Position numbers and translations under genes: made by a program
Part shown: positions 51,424 to 61,255 of the stretch, in pieces
Numbering within the stretch: position 1 is the first letter of the stretch
How the letters are laid out: each line of letters begins with the position of its first letter
Notes under the pieces: model-generated
Database searches by the model: none
The model's input: only the letters and a program-made list of their open reading frames with translations
What the model was told of the DNA's origin: nothing
Assembly: GCA_963701295.1 (NCBI GenBank)
Contig: OY969585.1
Coordinates: 800,001 to 864,000, forward strand
Source of the DNA: Ignavibacteriota bacterium
GTDB lineage: Bacteria > Bacteroidota > Ignavibacteria > UBA10030
DNA length: 64,000 nucleotides
Direction of reading: 5' to 3'

Positions 51424-53346
51424 ATGAAAAATACAAGGCCATTGTTAATTGCAGTGTGCATTATTTTATTATCGACACGATTATATCCACAGACAGTTAA
51501 TTTTACTATTACCATAAACAATTCGCCTACGTTTATAAGCCCTTACATCTACGGTGCCAATCCGCAGTTTACGGCAAACGAGAACTTAGGAGCACGCAGA
51601 CTGGGCGGAAACAGATTAACCGGATATAACTGGGAAAACAATGCTTCAAATGCCGGAACCGATTGGAACAATGAGAGTGACGATTACTTGTCATCCGGAC
51701 TCCCCAATCCGAATGCACCCGGAGCTGTTCTTACTTCTTTTCATGACGATGCTCTCAGCGTCGGCGCTTATCCGCTCATCACTTTGCAAATGGCCGGGTA
51801 TGTGGCAAAAGACGAAAACGGTGAAGTATTAGCATCTGAGACTGCCCCATCTCCGCGATGGGATAAAGTGCAGTTTGTAAAAGGAAGTGCTTTCTCTCTA
51901 AAACCCAGTCTTACAGATACTTCTGTCTATATGGATGAATGTGTAAACTTCTTGGTAAATACATTCGGCTTGGCCAATACCGCTAATGGTGTCAAGGGTT
52001 ATGAGCTGGATAACGAGCCAGCTCTCTGGCCATCGACACATCCGAGAATACATCCTGATACAACGAGATGCATAGAGATTGTCCAGAAAGGTGTTACTCT
52101 CTCAAATGCAGTGAAAATTGTCGATTCAACTGCAAAGATTTTTGGACCAGTGTTGTATGGATTCAGCGCATATTACAATTTCCAGGGTGCTCCTGATTGG
52201 AATTCTGTAAGCAAGGGAAAAAATTATTCATGGTTCATCGATTACTATCTTGATCAGATGAAACAAGCGGAAACAACCTACGGAAAACGGCTGCTGGACG
52301 TACTTGATATCCACTGGTATCCCGAAGCAATAGGGGACAGCAGAATCACGGACACAAGTGCAAATTCTGCAAACGATAAAGCAGCAAGACTTCAAGCTCC
52401 TCGGACATTGTGGGATGCGAAGTACGGCTATTCAGCATCGAATCCAGCTATTGGCGAAAACAGCTGGATCAGCCAATGGGACCAACAATATCTTCCGCTC
52501 ATCCCCAGGCTCATGGCTTCAATCAATAAATACTATCCTGGCACAAAGCTCGCCTTCACCGAATTTACATATGGCGGAGAACATGACATTTCCGGCGCTC
52601 TTGCGACCGCAGATGTTCTAGGCATCTTTGGTAAATATGGTGTGTACTTCGCAACATTCTGGCCTGGCAGTGATAATACATTCTACGTTCAAGCTGCATA
52701 TAGAATTTACAGAAATTATGACGGATCGAAATCCGCGTTTGGCGATGCTTCCATACCCGCCCGTACAAGCGACAGTGTCAACACTTCCATTTATGGATCC
52801 GTGAAAACCGGAAGCAATGAGATACATTTAGTAGTCATTAATAAAAACCTGAGCAGCAGCAGGATGGGCAACTTTACAATATCGAACACTTCCTCTATCA
52901 CGGGAGGAAATGTTTGGATTCTTGATAGTAGCAGCACTCAGATCAGAAATGCAGGTACCGTAGCATCGATTGCAGGCAATTCTTTTTCTTATACATTACC
53001 GGCGGGTTCCGTGTGCCATTTTGTACTACAGACCTCTGGTACATTTGTAGATCAGAATCCGACAACTGCACGGCCTACGAAAATGGAAATACGAACATAC
53101 CCCAATCCATTTAATCCCTCTTGTAAAATTGAGTACACATTACCTGATAATTCTGAATATACTATAGCAATAGTAGATTTAATGGGACGAGTGATAAAAA
53201 CGTATCGCCAACTTTCTCAAAGTGGATCCGTACAATGGGATGGAAGAAACGAACAGAATCAGACCGTTGCATCAGGTGTCTATTGCGTTATCGTACGCGG
53301 AGGGAATCAACAGCCTTTGTCAAAGAAAATTGTACTCATAAAATAG
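51424..53346 (+). CDS. GH44 endoglucanase/xyloglucanase with C-terminal FlgD/T9SS-like domain
   Basis: RLGGNRLTGYNWENNASNAG, LDNEPALW, LDVLDIHWYPE, AFTEF; YPNPFNP...WDGRNE...VASGVY tail. Confidence 0.88.
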   Translation: MKNTRPLLIAVCIILLSTRLYPQTVNFTITINNSPTFISPYIYGANPQFTANENLGARRLGGNRLTGYNWENNASNAGTDWNNESDDYLSSGLPNPNAPGAVLTSFHDDALSVGAYPLITLQMAGYVAKDENGEVLASETAPSPRWDKVQFVKGSAFSLKPSLTDTSVYMDECVNFLVNTFGLANTANGVKGYELDNEPALWPSTHPRIHPDTTRCIEIVQKGVTLSNAVKIVDSTAKIFGPVLYGFSAYYNFQGAPDWNSVSKGKNYSWFIDYYLDQMKQAETTYGKRLLDVLDIHWYPEAIGDSRITDTSANSANDKAARLQAPRTLWDAKYGYSASNPAIGENSWISQWDQQYLPLIPRLMASINKYYPGTKLAFTEFTYGGEHDISGALATADVLGIFGKYGVYFATFWPGSDNTFYVQAAYRIYRNYDGSKSAFGDASIPARTSDSVNTSIYGSVKTGSNEIHLVVINKNLSSSRMGNFTISNTSSITGGNVWILDSSSTQIRNAGTVASIAGNSFSYTLPAGSVCHFVLQTSGTFVDQNPTTARPTKMEIRTYPNPFNPSCKIEYTLPDNSEYTIAIVDLMGRVIKTYRQLSQSGSVQWDGRNEQNQTVASGVYCVIVRGGNQQPLSKKIVLIK

Positions 53347-53381
53347 CAATCTCCTTTTGTCCGGAAGAATGATCGCTCAGT

Positions 53382-54647
53382 CTATAATTCTTCCATTGTT
53401 TGGCGTGGCCGGATGATACGTACACGATCACCGTTCACAAGAATTTCAGCGGGACGAAGTCGGCCATTGTAATTGGAACTTAGCACAAAACCATATGCGC
53501 CGGTCGTGAGCACTGCAAGATAATCCCCTGCGTTGGTTTTTGGCAACAATCGTTCCCGTGCAAAAAAATCGCTGCTTTCACAGATCGGTCCAACAATATC
53601 AACCTTCTCGTGTTCGTATGTATCAATGGATACTGGAACGATTTGATGATATGCCTGGTAGAGACTAGGCCTCAGCAAGTCGTTCATGCCGCTATCGATG
53701 ATGATAAATTTTTTCGACGAGTTCTCTTTAACAGAAATGACACGGGTTATTAATACTCCGGCGTCTGCAACAATCGAACGCCCCGGTTCAAACCAAAGAG
53801 AACAACCAGATGGCTGCAAAATGGGCAACACTGCTGTAAGAAAATCTGTGGGTGTTGGTATACTAGTATCCGGCGTTTCTTCTTTTGGAAGCGCTTCATG
53901 CACAATGGCATTGGCATACTGAACACCAAAACCACCGCCAAAATCAATATGCGTCAAATTGATGCCGGTTGAACGCAATTTTTCGATCAATCCGACCACA
54001 TAGTTTGCCGTTGCTATAAACGGTTCAACTTTTGCAATTTGTGATCCAATGTGAGTATGAATTCCAATCAGTTCCAGCGATGATAACGAGGCTGCGTACT
54101 GAAATACTTCGAATGCTTTTGATGCTTCGATGCCAAATTTAGTTGTTTGTAGACCCGTGGTAATGTACGGATGGCTTTGTGCATCGATATCTGGATTGAT
54201 GCGAAGTGCAATGCGGGCTTTCTTTCCCATTCGAAGTGCTGCACGTGAGATCATATGCAGTTCTGCTACCGATTCAACATTGAAGGAGAAAATGTCCTGC
54301 TTCAATGCGTATTCGATTTCATCTTCTCGTTTCCCTACACCTGCAAAGACAATCTTGTCCTGAGGGAACCCGGCTTTTAACGCAAGATACAACTCCCCAG
54401 TGGAGACTACATCCGCACCAGCACCTTCTGCAGCAAGTAATCTCAAAATAGAATGATTCGCATTCGCCTTCAGTGCATAACACACGAGGTGATTCGTTTC
54501 TCCCAGCACGCCATGAAGTGATCGATAATTCTCCGTGATTTGGTTCTTGCTATAAACGTATAATGGCGTACCGTACTCTTCCGCTAATTCTTTTAAGGGA
54601 ATGTCTTCACATATGAGAGCGTTTTCTTTATATGTTATATAATTCAT
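53382..54647 (-). CDS. lysA: Diaminopimelate decarboxylase
   Basis: GTPLYVY, YALKAN, HIGSQ, EPGRS, GPICESSD, GAYG...SNYN. Confidence 0.96.
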   Translation of the reverse strand: MNYITYKENALICEDIPLKELAEEYGTPLYVYSKNQITENYRSLHGVLGETNHLVCYALKANANHSILRLLAAEGAGADVVSTGELYLALKAGFPQDKIVFAGVGKREDEIEYALKQDIFSFNVESVAELHMISRAALRMGKKARIALRINPDIDAQSHPYITTGLQTTKFGIEASKAFEVFQYAASLSSLELIGIHTHIGSQIAKVEPFIATANYVVGLIEKLRSTGINLTHIDFGGGFGVQYANAIVHEALPKEETPDTSIPTPTDFLTAVLPILQPSGCSLWFEPGRSIVADAGVLITRVISVKENSSKKFIIIDSGMNDLLRPSLYQAYHQIVPVSIDTYEHEKVDIVGPICESSDFFARERLLPKTNAGDYLAVLTTGAYGFVLSSNYNGRLRPAEILVNGDRVRIIRPRQTMEEL

Positions 54648-54709
54648 GTACGATTTAAGGTTTTCGATTGATAAGAAAGCATCGTGATATATCTATTTCT
54701 ATTCCTCAT

Positions 54710-55375
54710 TTATGTAAGCAGCCCAATAAGCATATCTAACGGCATGCGCAGTGTGAGTACTACAGAAAAAACAGCATGTTGAAATGGCGCTATTCGCATC
54801 AGCATAATAACAATGAGGATTCCGAAAAATCCGATTTGCCGAAACTGCTCGCCTTTTTTTTCTGGAAGCAACGATGATAATACATGTGAACCATCTAACG
54901 GTGGAACAGGAATCAGATTAAAGACAGCAAGAAAAATATTTAGCGTGATACCGGCGGCAAACATGCGAATCACAAATGTTGCCATTTCACGTTGAAGATC
55001 ACTTTCGACCAATGTTATCGAACCGAAAAAATTCACCAAAAGAATGTAAAAAATCGAACAAAAGCATGCTATCAATAAGTTAGAAAACGGACCAGCGATG
55101 GAGACAAGAATATCGTCCCGGTGATAATTACGAAAATGAGCTGGATTGATTGGGACCGGTTTTGCCCATGCAATAAACACAGATCCAGCAGAGATAAACG
55201 ACAACAATGGAATGGCAATAGATCCGATTGGGTCAATATGGGGAATCGGATTAAATGTTAACCGACCGGCGTCGCGTGCAGTCGAGTCACCCAGACGCAG
55301 CGCCACCCATCCATGCGCTACTTCATGCACGACAATAGAAAAAAGCAGAATCGGTAATACATAAAGAGAATCCAA
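54710..55375 (-). CDS. Site-2 protease (M50) family protein
   Basis: HEVAHG, NPIPHIDPIG, AGPFSN, FNLIPVPPLDGS; TTG start with AAAGGA SD. Confidence 0.92.
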   Translation of the reverse strand: MDSLYVLPILLFSIVVHEVAHGWVALRLGDSTARDAGRLTFNPIPHIDPIGSIAIPLLSFISAGSVFIAWAKPVPINPAHFRNYHRDDILVSIAGPFSNLLIACFCSIFYILLVNFFGSITLVESDLQREMATFVIRMFAAGITLNIFLAVFNLIPVPPLDGSHVLSSLLPEKKGEQFRQIGFFGILIVIMLMRIAPFQHAVFSVVLTLRMPLDMLIGLLT

Positions 55376-55398
55376 GAGAATGTCCTTTCAAAAACAAT

Positions 55399-55422
55399 CC
55401 GTCCCGCTGCGATGCGGGACGG
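55399..55422. repeat. GC-rich REP-like hairpin
   Basis: CCGTCCCGC-TGCGAT-GCGGGACGG. Confidence 0.6.
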
Positions 55423-55588
55423 GCAAAAAATACTATCTGCATTCAATACCTATATATAGGTACCAAAAAATGTGGTGGAATTCAAGAAGTTCCCGTACAT
55501 GAATCATTGCATCTGCGGCACTGTTTTTCTATATTCATTCCATATTTCATGTAACATCCTTATATACTTTGACAGTCCGAGGTTTCCA

Positions 55589-57502
55589 ATGAACATTAGA
55601 TTCTTGTCCTTACTCTCTGGTATCCTTTGCGTTGCTACGATTCTCAATGCTCAGGCACCTTCTATTCAGTTGAAGATTAAAGAAAAATCCGGTTTCTTAG
55701 GTATGGGCGGTCCTCGCACACTGAAGATCGAACTCTCAAATCAAAATCGCCAACAACGATTAACAAGCGACAGCGTTAACAGCGGGGAGTACTTCTTCTT
55801 TCTTGTGACACCCTTAGAAGATTGGAGGCTCGATGAGGATTTTGCAAAGGAAGAGATTTCTAAAATCAGTATTAGTCAAGACGGAAATAAAATCTCCATT
55901 GCATGGAAGAGTGATCTGATCAAGGGGGGAAACAATGCCTTATTGCTTGGATTCTCAAAGACATTCAAGTTTAACCTTCCCTTTTCGTTCCAATATCCGG
56001 TCGATGACGTAATGAATCAGGCAGAGTATATTGTACCACAGGAATTATGGCCAGGGTTTACGACAATCACCGATCTTACGAAGCAAGCCGAAACCGCGAT
56101 AGCTGCGAAACAATTCAAATCAGCTATTGGATTCTACGGGCAGATTCTGGGGAACAAAAACTTGCAGATTTTCCCTCAATATGAAGAATCAAAGAAAAAG
56201 CGTACTCAATGTTTCGATAGTTTTCATAACGAAACTTCTTTATCGTTCCAAGCAGCAGCTACAAATGCACAAATAGATTTGAATTCACGTATAGCTCTTA
56301 TGGATGGGTTTAAGCCGAACTTGAAGATGATACTCGATTCATTACCGCAGGCCGAATGGAACATCGGTTCGCTTGATTCGGCTGTCGCCCCTATTTTAAA
56401 TCAATGCCGAAATTCACTCGCCCATCTCAACAGTTTTCGTGATTCGCTCCAGCATATTTTGGATGATCAGAACGTACGATGGATTATCGAAGGCTCCGCA
56501 ACAGGTAAAAACGGTTACCTCTATGTATACATGATCGAAACATTAGCATCGGCTTTTTCATCTCTCAATTTTGCCGACACACTTGCACTAGAATTGAAAG
56601 TGAAGATATCAGATGAATATCAGACACGGTTGACAAAATATGACATCATGTCGTCTTATGAGACATTCATCCGCATTTGTAACGAACGGTATCAAACACA
56701 TCTTCCTGTTTTCCCGATCGATTTCCTTCCCAACCTCAAGAAAGACAGCATTTCTTTTCCACTGCCCTATTATTCAATACTCAAAGCAGTAAATGATTAT
56801 TACTATGGCGACTTTGCAAGCGCAAAGAAAGAGATCATCCATATCTTCCGCACGAATTACGAACCAGATATCAATAGCCGATTTGACATAATGCGTGTGG
56901 TCATTGCGAACCGCGAACAACGTATTTCACCGGACGTGATGAAGATGTTCGAAGAAGCAGAACAATTGGAAAAAGTAAAAGATCTTCAGAATGCACAAGA
57001 CAAATACCGCCAAATTACATTGATTGCACCAAATTTTGCGTATGGTTTTTTTATGCTCGGAAAATTTTACAGTCGCACAGGTGATCCCATCCGGGCAAAT
57101 TATTCATATCAACGGGCATATCAAATTGACTCGCTTTATTTAAGCGCCTATCGCGAGAGCTATAGTATCTTTCTAAAGCAAAGCAACTTCAAAGAAATTA
57201 TTAACATGTATTCCATAGCACTTTCTAAAGGGAACAATTATTGGGAAATTAATTATACTCTGGGCGTAGCTTTTACCGGTGAGGCAGATCCAGCACGCGC
57301 CATCCAAAGTTTTGAACGCGCACTCGTACTCAATCCAAAAAGCTACAAAACAAATATCCAGATTGGACTCGCGCATCAGAATGTTAAGAACTACCAAAAA
57401 GCACGCGAGTATTTTAACAATGCCATCGGCTTAGATCCTACGCGGCAGGAAGCAGTCGATTATCTGACAAAGTTGAACGAACTCCAGCGAACCGGCAGAT
57501 GA
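55589..57502 (+). CDS. Exported protein with C-terminal TPR repeats
   Basis: Signal peptide from MNIRF; TPRs such as FERALVLNP and YFNNAIGLDP. Confidence 0.8.
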   Translation: MNIRFLSLLSGILCVATILNAQAPSIQLKIKEKSGFLGMGGPRTLKIELSNQNRQQRLTSDSVNSGEYFFFLVTPLEDWRLDEDFAKEEISKISISQDGNKISIAWKSDLIKGGNNALLLGFSKTFKFNLPFSFQYPVDDVMNQAEYIVPQELWPGFTTITDLTKQAETAIAAKQFKSAIGFYGQILGNKNLQIFPQYEESKKKRTQCFDSFHNETSLSFQAAATNAQIDLNSRIALMDGFKPNLKMILDSLPQAEWNIGSLDSAVAPILNQCRNSLAHLNSFRDSLQHILDDQNVRWIIEGSATGKNGYLYVYMIETLASAFSSLNFADTLALELKVKISDEYQTRLTKYDIMSSYETFIRICNERYQTHLPVFPIDFLPNLKKDSISFPLPYYSILKAVNDYYYGDFASAKKEIIHIFRTNYEPDINSRFDIMRVVIANREQRISPDVMKMFEEAEQLEKVKDLQNAQDKYRQITLIAPNFAYGFFMLGKFYSRTGDPIRANYSYQRAYQIDSLYLSAYRESYSIFLKQSNFKEIINMYSIALSKGNNYWEINYTLGVAFTGEADPARAIQSFERALVLNPKSYKTNIQIGLAHQNVKNYQKAREYFNNAIGLDPTRQEAVDYLTKLNELQRTGR

Positions 57503-57553
57503 ATCTTATGTTTCAAGAAATGCTACTGAAGGAATTCCAAGGTGAACCCTTTT

Positions 57554-57582
57554 TTGCTTTTCATTCAATCGGTTCTTATATT
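57554..57582 (+). promoter_or_regulatory. Candidate sigma70 promoter for the tRNA locus/tig
   Basis: TTGCTT, 17 nt, TATATT. Confidence 0.45.
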
Positions 57583-57644
57583 GAAATGCCCAATTGCAGG
57601 CGTTTATGAGAGAACGCTCAGCTTATTGGGCATTTTTTACAAAG

Positions 57645-57853
57645 GGGCACATGGCGAAACTGGCAGATGCGTCCCGCAAAACGATTTCGGGTAGATGGCG
57701 AAACTGGCAGACGCGCTAGCCTTAGGAGCTAGTGGAGTAATCCATGGGGGTTCAACTCCCCCTCTACCCACAGAGGTTTGCGGGATGGGGAAACCCATGT
57801 GGGTTCCCAGCCGGAGGCTGATGCGCTTATAGCGCAGAGTCCGTCCGTGCCCA
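57645..57853 (+). ncRNA. tRNA-Leu-shaped shell interrupted by a nested tRNA and a T-loop insertion
   Basis: GGGCAC/GTGCCC-A acceptor stem; D-arm nearly identical to the inner tRNA; TCCCGCAAA/TTTGCGGGA stem; GGG-GAAA-CCC variable arm; GTGGGTTC...GAGTCC T-arm. Confidence 0.7.
57689..57770 (+). tRNA. tRNA-Leu (anticodon TAG)
   Basis: GGGTAGA/TCTACCC-A acceptor; CTAGC-CTTAGGA-GCTAG anticodon arm; GGA-GTAA-TCC variable arm; GGGGG-TTCAACT-CCCCC T-arm; CCA not encoded. Confidence 0.95.
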
Positions 57854-57881
57854 CAAATCGTGTATTATAAATTAAAGGAAG

Positions 57882-59153
57882 TTGAGCGTGGAAGTAATTA
57901 TTCAATCTTTGTCAGATGTCTCACGCGAAGTGGAAATCACCGCCACAACTGAAGACCTTATGCCTCATTTTGATAAAGCATATTTAGAGTATAGAAAAAA
58001 AATCGAAATTCGTGGATTCCGGAAAGGGAAAGCGCCCTTAGACATCGTCAAAAAACTTTATGGCGATTTAATTGAAAACGATTCTCTGAACGAAGTCGCT
58101 ACCGAGATGTACCGCAAAGCCGTAAAAGAAAAAGAATTGAAACCCATCGGCGAACCTGTACTCGTTGACATGGATTATAAACGCGGCGAAAGTTTTCGAT
58201 GTAAGATTCAATATGATATTCGTCCGACCATAGAGGTGAAACAATACAAGGGTATTGCAGTAGAGAAAAGTGTGCATACCATAACCGATGACGAGGTTGA
58301 AAAAGAAATCATTCGTCTGCAACGGATCAATGCTATGATGGAAGAAGTGGAGGTTGTCACCGATCCAGAGCATATTGTCACCGCGACTCTCCAGGACCTA
58401 GATGACAATGGTACTCCGGTAATCGGGAAGAAAAGTGATGATATTCGTTTTTATCTCGCCGATGATCAGCTTGAACAGCCATTTAAGGATACATTACGAG
58501 AAGCGCGAAAGGGCGGTAATTATCGCGTGCAATTTGAACATAAGCACGGTGAGCATGCACATACCGTCAACACACAAATCATCGTCACGAAGATTCAAAA
58601 AGTCACACTCTCGCCGCTGGACGATGCGTTTGTCGCTAAGGTCACAAAAGATAAGTTCGTAACTGTCGATTCATTACGGGCTGGAATTCGGGAAGATATC
58701 ATTTCTTATTGGAAGGAAAAAACCGAACGTCAGGTGATCAATTCGATAACATCTGAAATTATCCGACTTCATGAATTTCAGGTGCCGGAATCGCTTATAC
58801 GCAGTGTGCTTGAAGGACTGTTGGAAGAAGTGAAGAATGAATATCCCAATAAACGATTACCGGATGAATTTGACATCGAGAAATTTAACGAAGAGAACCG
58901 CGCATATGCCATCTATCAGGCAAAGTGGGCATTATTACGCGAAGAGTTGATCAAAGCAGAGAATATCACCGTTTCCGATGAAGACCTTGAAAAGTTGGCA
59001 GAAACAGAATCTGACAAAATTAAAATTCCGAAAGATCGTCTTATCAGCTATTACAAATCTTCCGAACAGATCAAAGATCGCCTTATCGGCGATACGCTAT
59101 TGAAAATTCTTGTGGACTCGGCAAAAATAAGGGAAGTCCCTGAAAAAGCGTAA
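57882..59153 (+). CDS. tig: Trigger factor
   Basis: GFRKGKAP ribosome-binding motif; lies upstream of clpP-clpX; TTG start with AAAGGA SD. Confidence 0.93.
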   Translation: MSVEVIIQSLSDVSREVEITATTEDLMPHFDKAYLEYRKKIEIRGFRKGKAPLDIVKKLYGDLIENDSLNEVATEMYRKAVKEKELKPIGEPVLVDMDYKRGESFRCKIQYDIRPTIEVKQYKGIAVEKSVHTITDDEVEKEIIRLQRINAMMEEVEVVTDPEHIVTATLQDLDDNGTPVIGKKSDDIRFYLADDQLEQPFKDTLREARKGGNYRVQFEHKHGEHAHTVNTQIIVTKIQKVTLSPLDDAFVAKVTKDKFVTVDSLRAGIREDIISYWKEKTERQVINSITSEIIRLHEFQVPESLIRSVLEGLLEEVKNEYPNKRLPDEFDIEKFNEENRAYAIYQAKWALLREELIKAENITVSDEDLEKLAETESDKIKIPKDRLISYYKSSEQIKDRLIGDTLLKILVDSAKIREVPEKA

Positions 59154-59173
59154 GAAAAAAGGAAAAAATCATT

Positions 59174-59800
59174 ATGGCATATACTGAAATCTATGATCAA
59201 CTCGTTCCCATTGTCGTAGAACAAACCGGCCGAGGTGAGCGATCATTCGACATTTTCTCGCGGCTGCTGAAAGAACGGATTGTATTCCTCGGCACACCTA
59301 TCGACGATACCGTCGCCAGTCTTACGATTGCCCAGTTATTGTTCCTCGAATCGGATGACCCCGACAAGGACATTCACCTCTACATTAACAGCCCGGGTGG
59401 AAGTGTGTCTGCAGGCCTTGCCATTTATGATACGATGCAGTATATTCGTCCAGATGTTTCCACCATCTGTATGGGTATGGCGGCAAGTATGGCAGCTGTG
59501 CTGCTGGCAGGTGGAATGAAAGGAAAGCGTACAGCACTTCCTAATGCGCGAGTGATGATTCACCAGCCATGGGGCGGCGTGCAAGGTACGGCGTCTGATA
59601 TCAGTATTCAAGCAGAAGAGATTCTCAAAACCAAGAAACGGATTAATGAGATTCTTTCCATGCATACCGGACGTTCACTTGATCAAGTTGAAAAAGACAC
59701 GGATCGAGATTATTACCTTGCTGCCGATGAAGCAAAAGAGTACGGATTGATTGATAATATTCTCGTAAAGCGAGTCGGTGAAGTAAAGAAAGAAAAATAA
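59174..59800 (+). CDS. clpP: ATP-dependent Clp protease proteolytic subunit
   Basis: [29 protein letters not shown]. Confidence 0.97.
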   Translation: MAYTEIYDQLVPIVVEQTGRGERSFDIFSRLLKERIVFLGTPIDDTVASLTIAQLLFLESDDPDKDIHLYINSPGGSVSAGLAIYDTMQYIRPDVSTICMGMAASMAAVLLAGGMKGKRTALPNARVMIHQPWGGVQGTASDISIQAEEILKTKKRINEILSMHTGRSLDQVEKDTDRDYYLAADEAKEYGLIDNILVKRVGEVKKEK

Positions 59801-59842
59801 TCGTTCACAAATTACCGGTAATGAATAAAAGCCGGATAGGAT

Positions 59843-61102
59843 ATGACACAGAAACCTAGGCAAGGCGAAAAAATTGCGTGCTCCTTCTGCGGACGCACGC
59901 CGGAAGAAGTCAACAGTATCATCGCAGGACCGGATGTCTATATTTGCGACCTCTGCGTTGGAAGTTCCGTTGACATCATCAAGAACAATATGGCGGCAAT
60001 TAATGCGCGGCGGTTTGGCTTCCGTCGTTCACTAACACCTGTTGACATTAAGAAGTCACTTGATGAATTTGTCGTTGGACAAGATCATGCCAAGCGTACA
60101 CTCGCAGTTGCAGTATACAACCATTATAAGCGCATCGATGCAAGTGATCAAATGGCAAATCTCGATGAAGTAGAAATCGAGAAGAGCAACATCCTCCTCG
60201 TTGGACCAACTGGAACCGGTAAAACACTGCTTGCACAAACACTCGCGCGAATTCTTGATGTGCCTTTCGCCATTGCCGACGCAACAACATTAACAGAAGC
60301 TGGCTATGTCGGTGACGATGTTGAAACGATCCTCGTCTATCTTTTACAGAATGCCGATTATAATGTTGAGAAAGCTGAGCGAGGTATCGTTTATATTGAT
60401 GAGATTGACAAAATTGCCCGTAAAGGCGACAGTGCTTCTATTACACGTGATGTTTCCGGCGAAGGTGTACAGCAAGCACTGCTGAAAATCCTTGAGGGCA
60501 CCATCGCCGGTGTCCCACCGAAAGGCGGACGCAAACATCCGGAGCAAAGTCTCATTAACGTCAATACAAAGAACATCCTCTTCATTTGCGGCGGTGCATT
60601 CGATGGATTGGAAAAAATTATCGAGCGGCGTGTGAGTCAAAATCCTGTAGGGTTTGGAGCTGAGCTTAAAGGAAAGAAGAGCAAGTCCCGTGGAAAAATT
60701 TTGCAGCAAGTAGAGCCGGATGATTTGCTCAAGTACGGATTAATTCCAGAATTTATCGGCCGGTTACCCGTTACCGCTTCACTTGATCCTCTTGACGAAA
60801 TTGCGCTCTTGAACATCCTGACACAGCCGCGCAACGCAATCGTAAAGCAATATCAAAAACTCTTTTCACTGGAAGGTGTAGAATTGGAACTTGAGGAGAG
60901 TGCTCTCAAATCAGTTGTCGATAAAGCGATGGAACGGGGCACAGGTGCCCGTGCCCTTCGCTCTATTATTGAGGCAGTAATGCTTGATGTGATGTATCAT
61001 CTTCCCTCGCGAAGCAATGTTTCGAAGTGCATCATCACGAAAGATACTATCCTCAAAGCAAAAGATCCGATTTACCTCTACGAGGAACGAAAGTCGGCAT
61101 AA
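59843..61102 (+). CDS. clpX: Clp protease ATP-binding subunit
   Basis: CSFCG...ICDLC zinc finger, [31 protein letters not shown]. Confidence 0.97.
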   Translation: MTQKPRQGEKIACSFCGRTPEEVNSIIAGPDVYICDLCVGSSVDIIKNNMAAINARRFGFRRSLTPVDIKKSLDEFVVGQDHAKRTLAVAVYNHYKRIDASDQMANLDEVEIEKSNILLVGPTGTGKTLLAQTLARILDVPFAIADATTLTEAGYVGDDVETILVYLLQNADYNVEKAERGIVYIDEIDKIARKGDSASITRDVSGEGVQQALLKILEGTIAGVPPKGGRKHPEQSLINVNTKNILFICGGAFDGLEKIIERRVSQNPVGFGAELKGKKSKSRGKILQQVEPDDLLKYGLIPEFIGRLPVTASLDPLDEIALLNILTQPRNAIVKQYQKLFSLEGVELELEESALKSVVDKAMERGTGARALRSIIEAVMLDVMYHLPSRSNVSKCIITKDTILKAKDPIYLYEERKSA

Positions 61103-61136
61103 AGCAGTTTTAACAATTTACTGTCAGACATAATAT

Positions 61137-61175
61137 CAACGCCTGTTGGAGTCTCTCTTGCGGGCGTTGTTTTTT
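61137..61175 (+). terminator. Intrinsic terminator after clpX
   Basis: CAACGCCTG...CGGGCGTTG stem followed by T6. Confidence 0.7.
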
Positions 61176-61255
61176 AGCAGTATAATCCATCGTAAACTCC
61201 GGTTTGCTTTGGAGAACAACGATATGCATGTTGTTGTAGACGGCAGGAAGTATGT

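Noticed and set aside
57645-57853. tmRNA, group I intron or prophage attachment site as the explanation of the nested tRNA
   Set aside because: Too short, with no tag ORF or G3-U70 pair, and it has a full D-arm and variable arm. The insert is a tRNA, not a ribozyme core. There is no integrase or cargo, and the flanks are not identical direct repeats.
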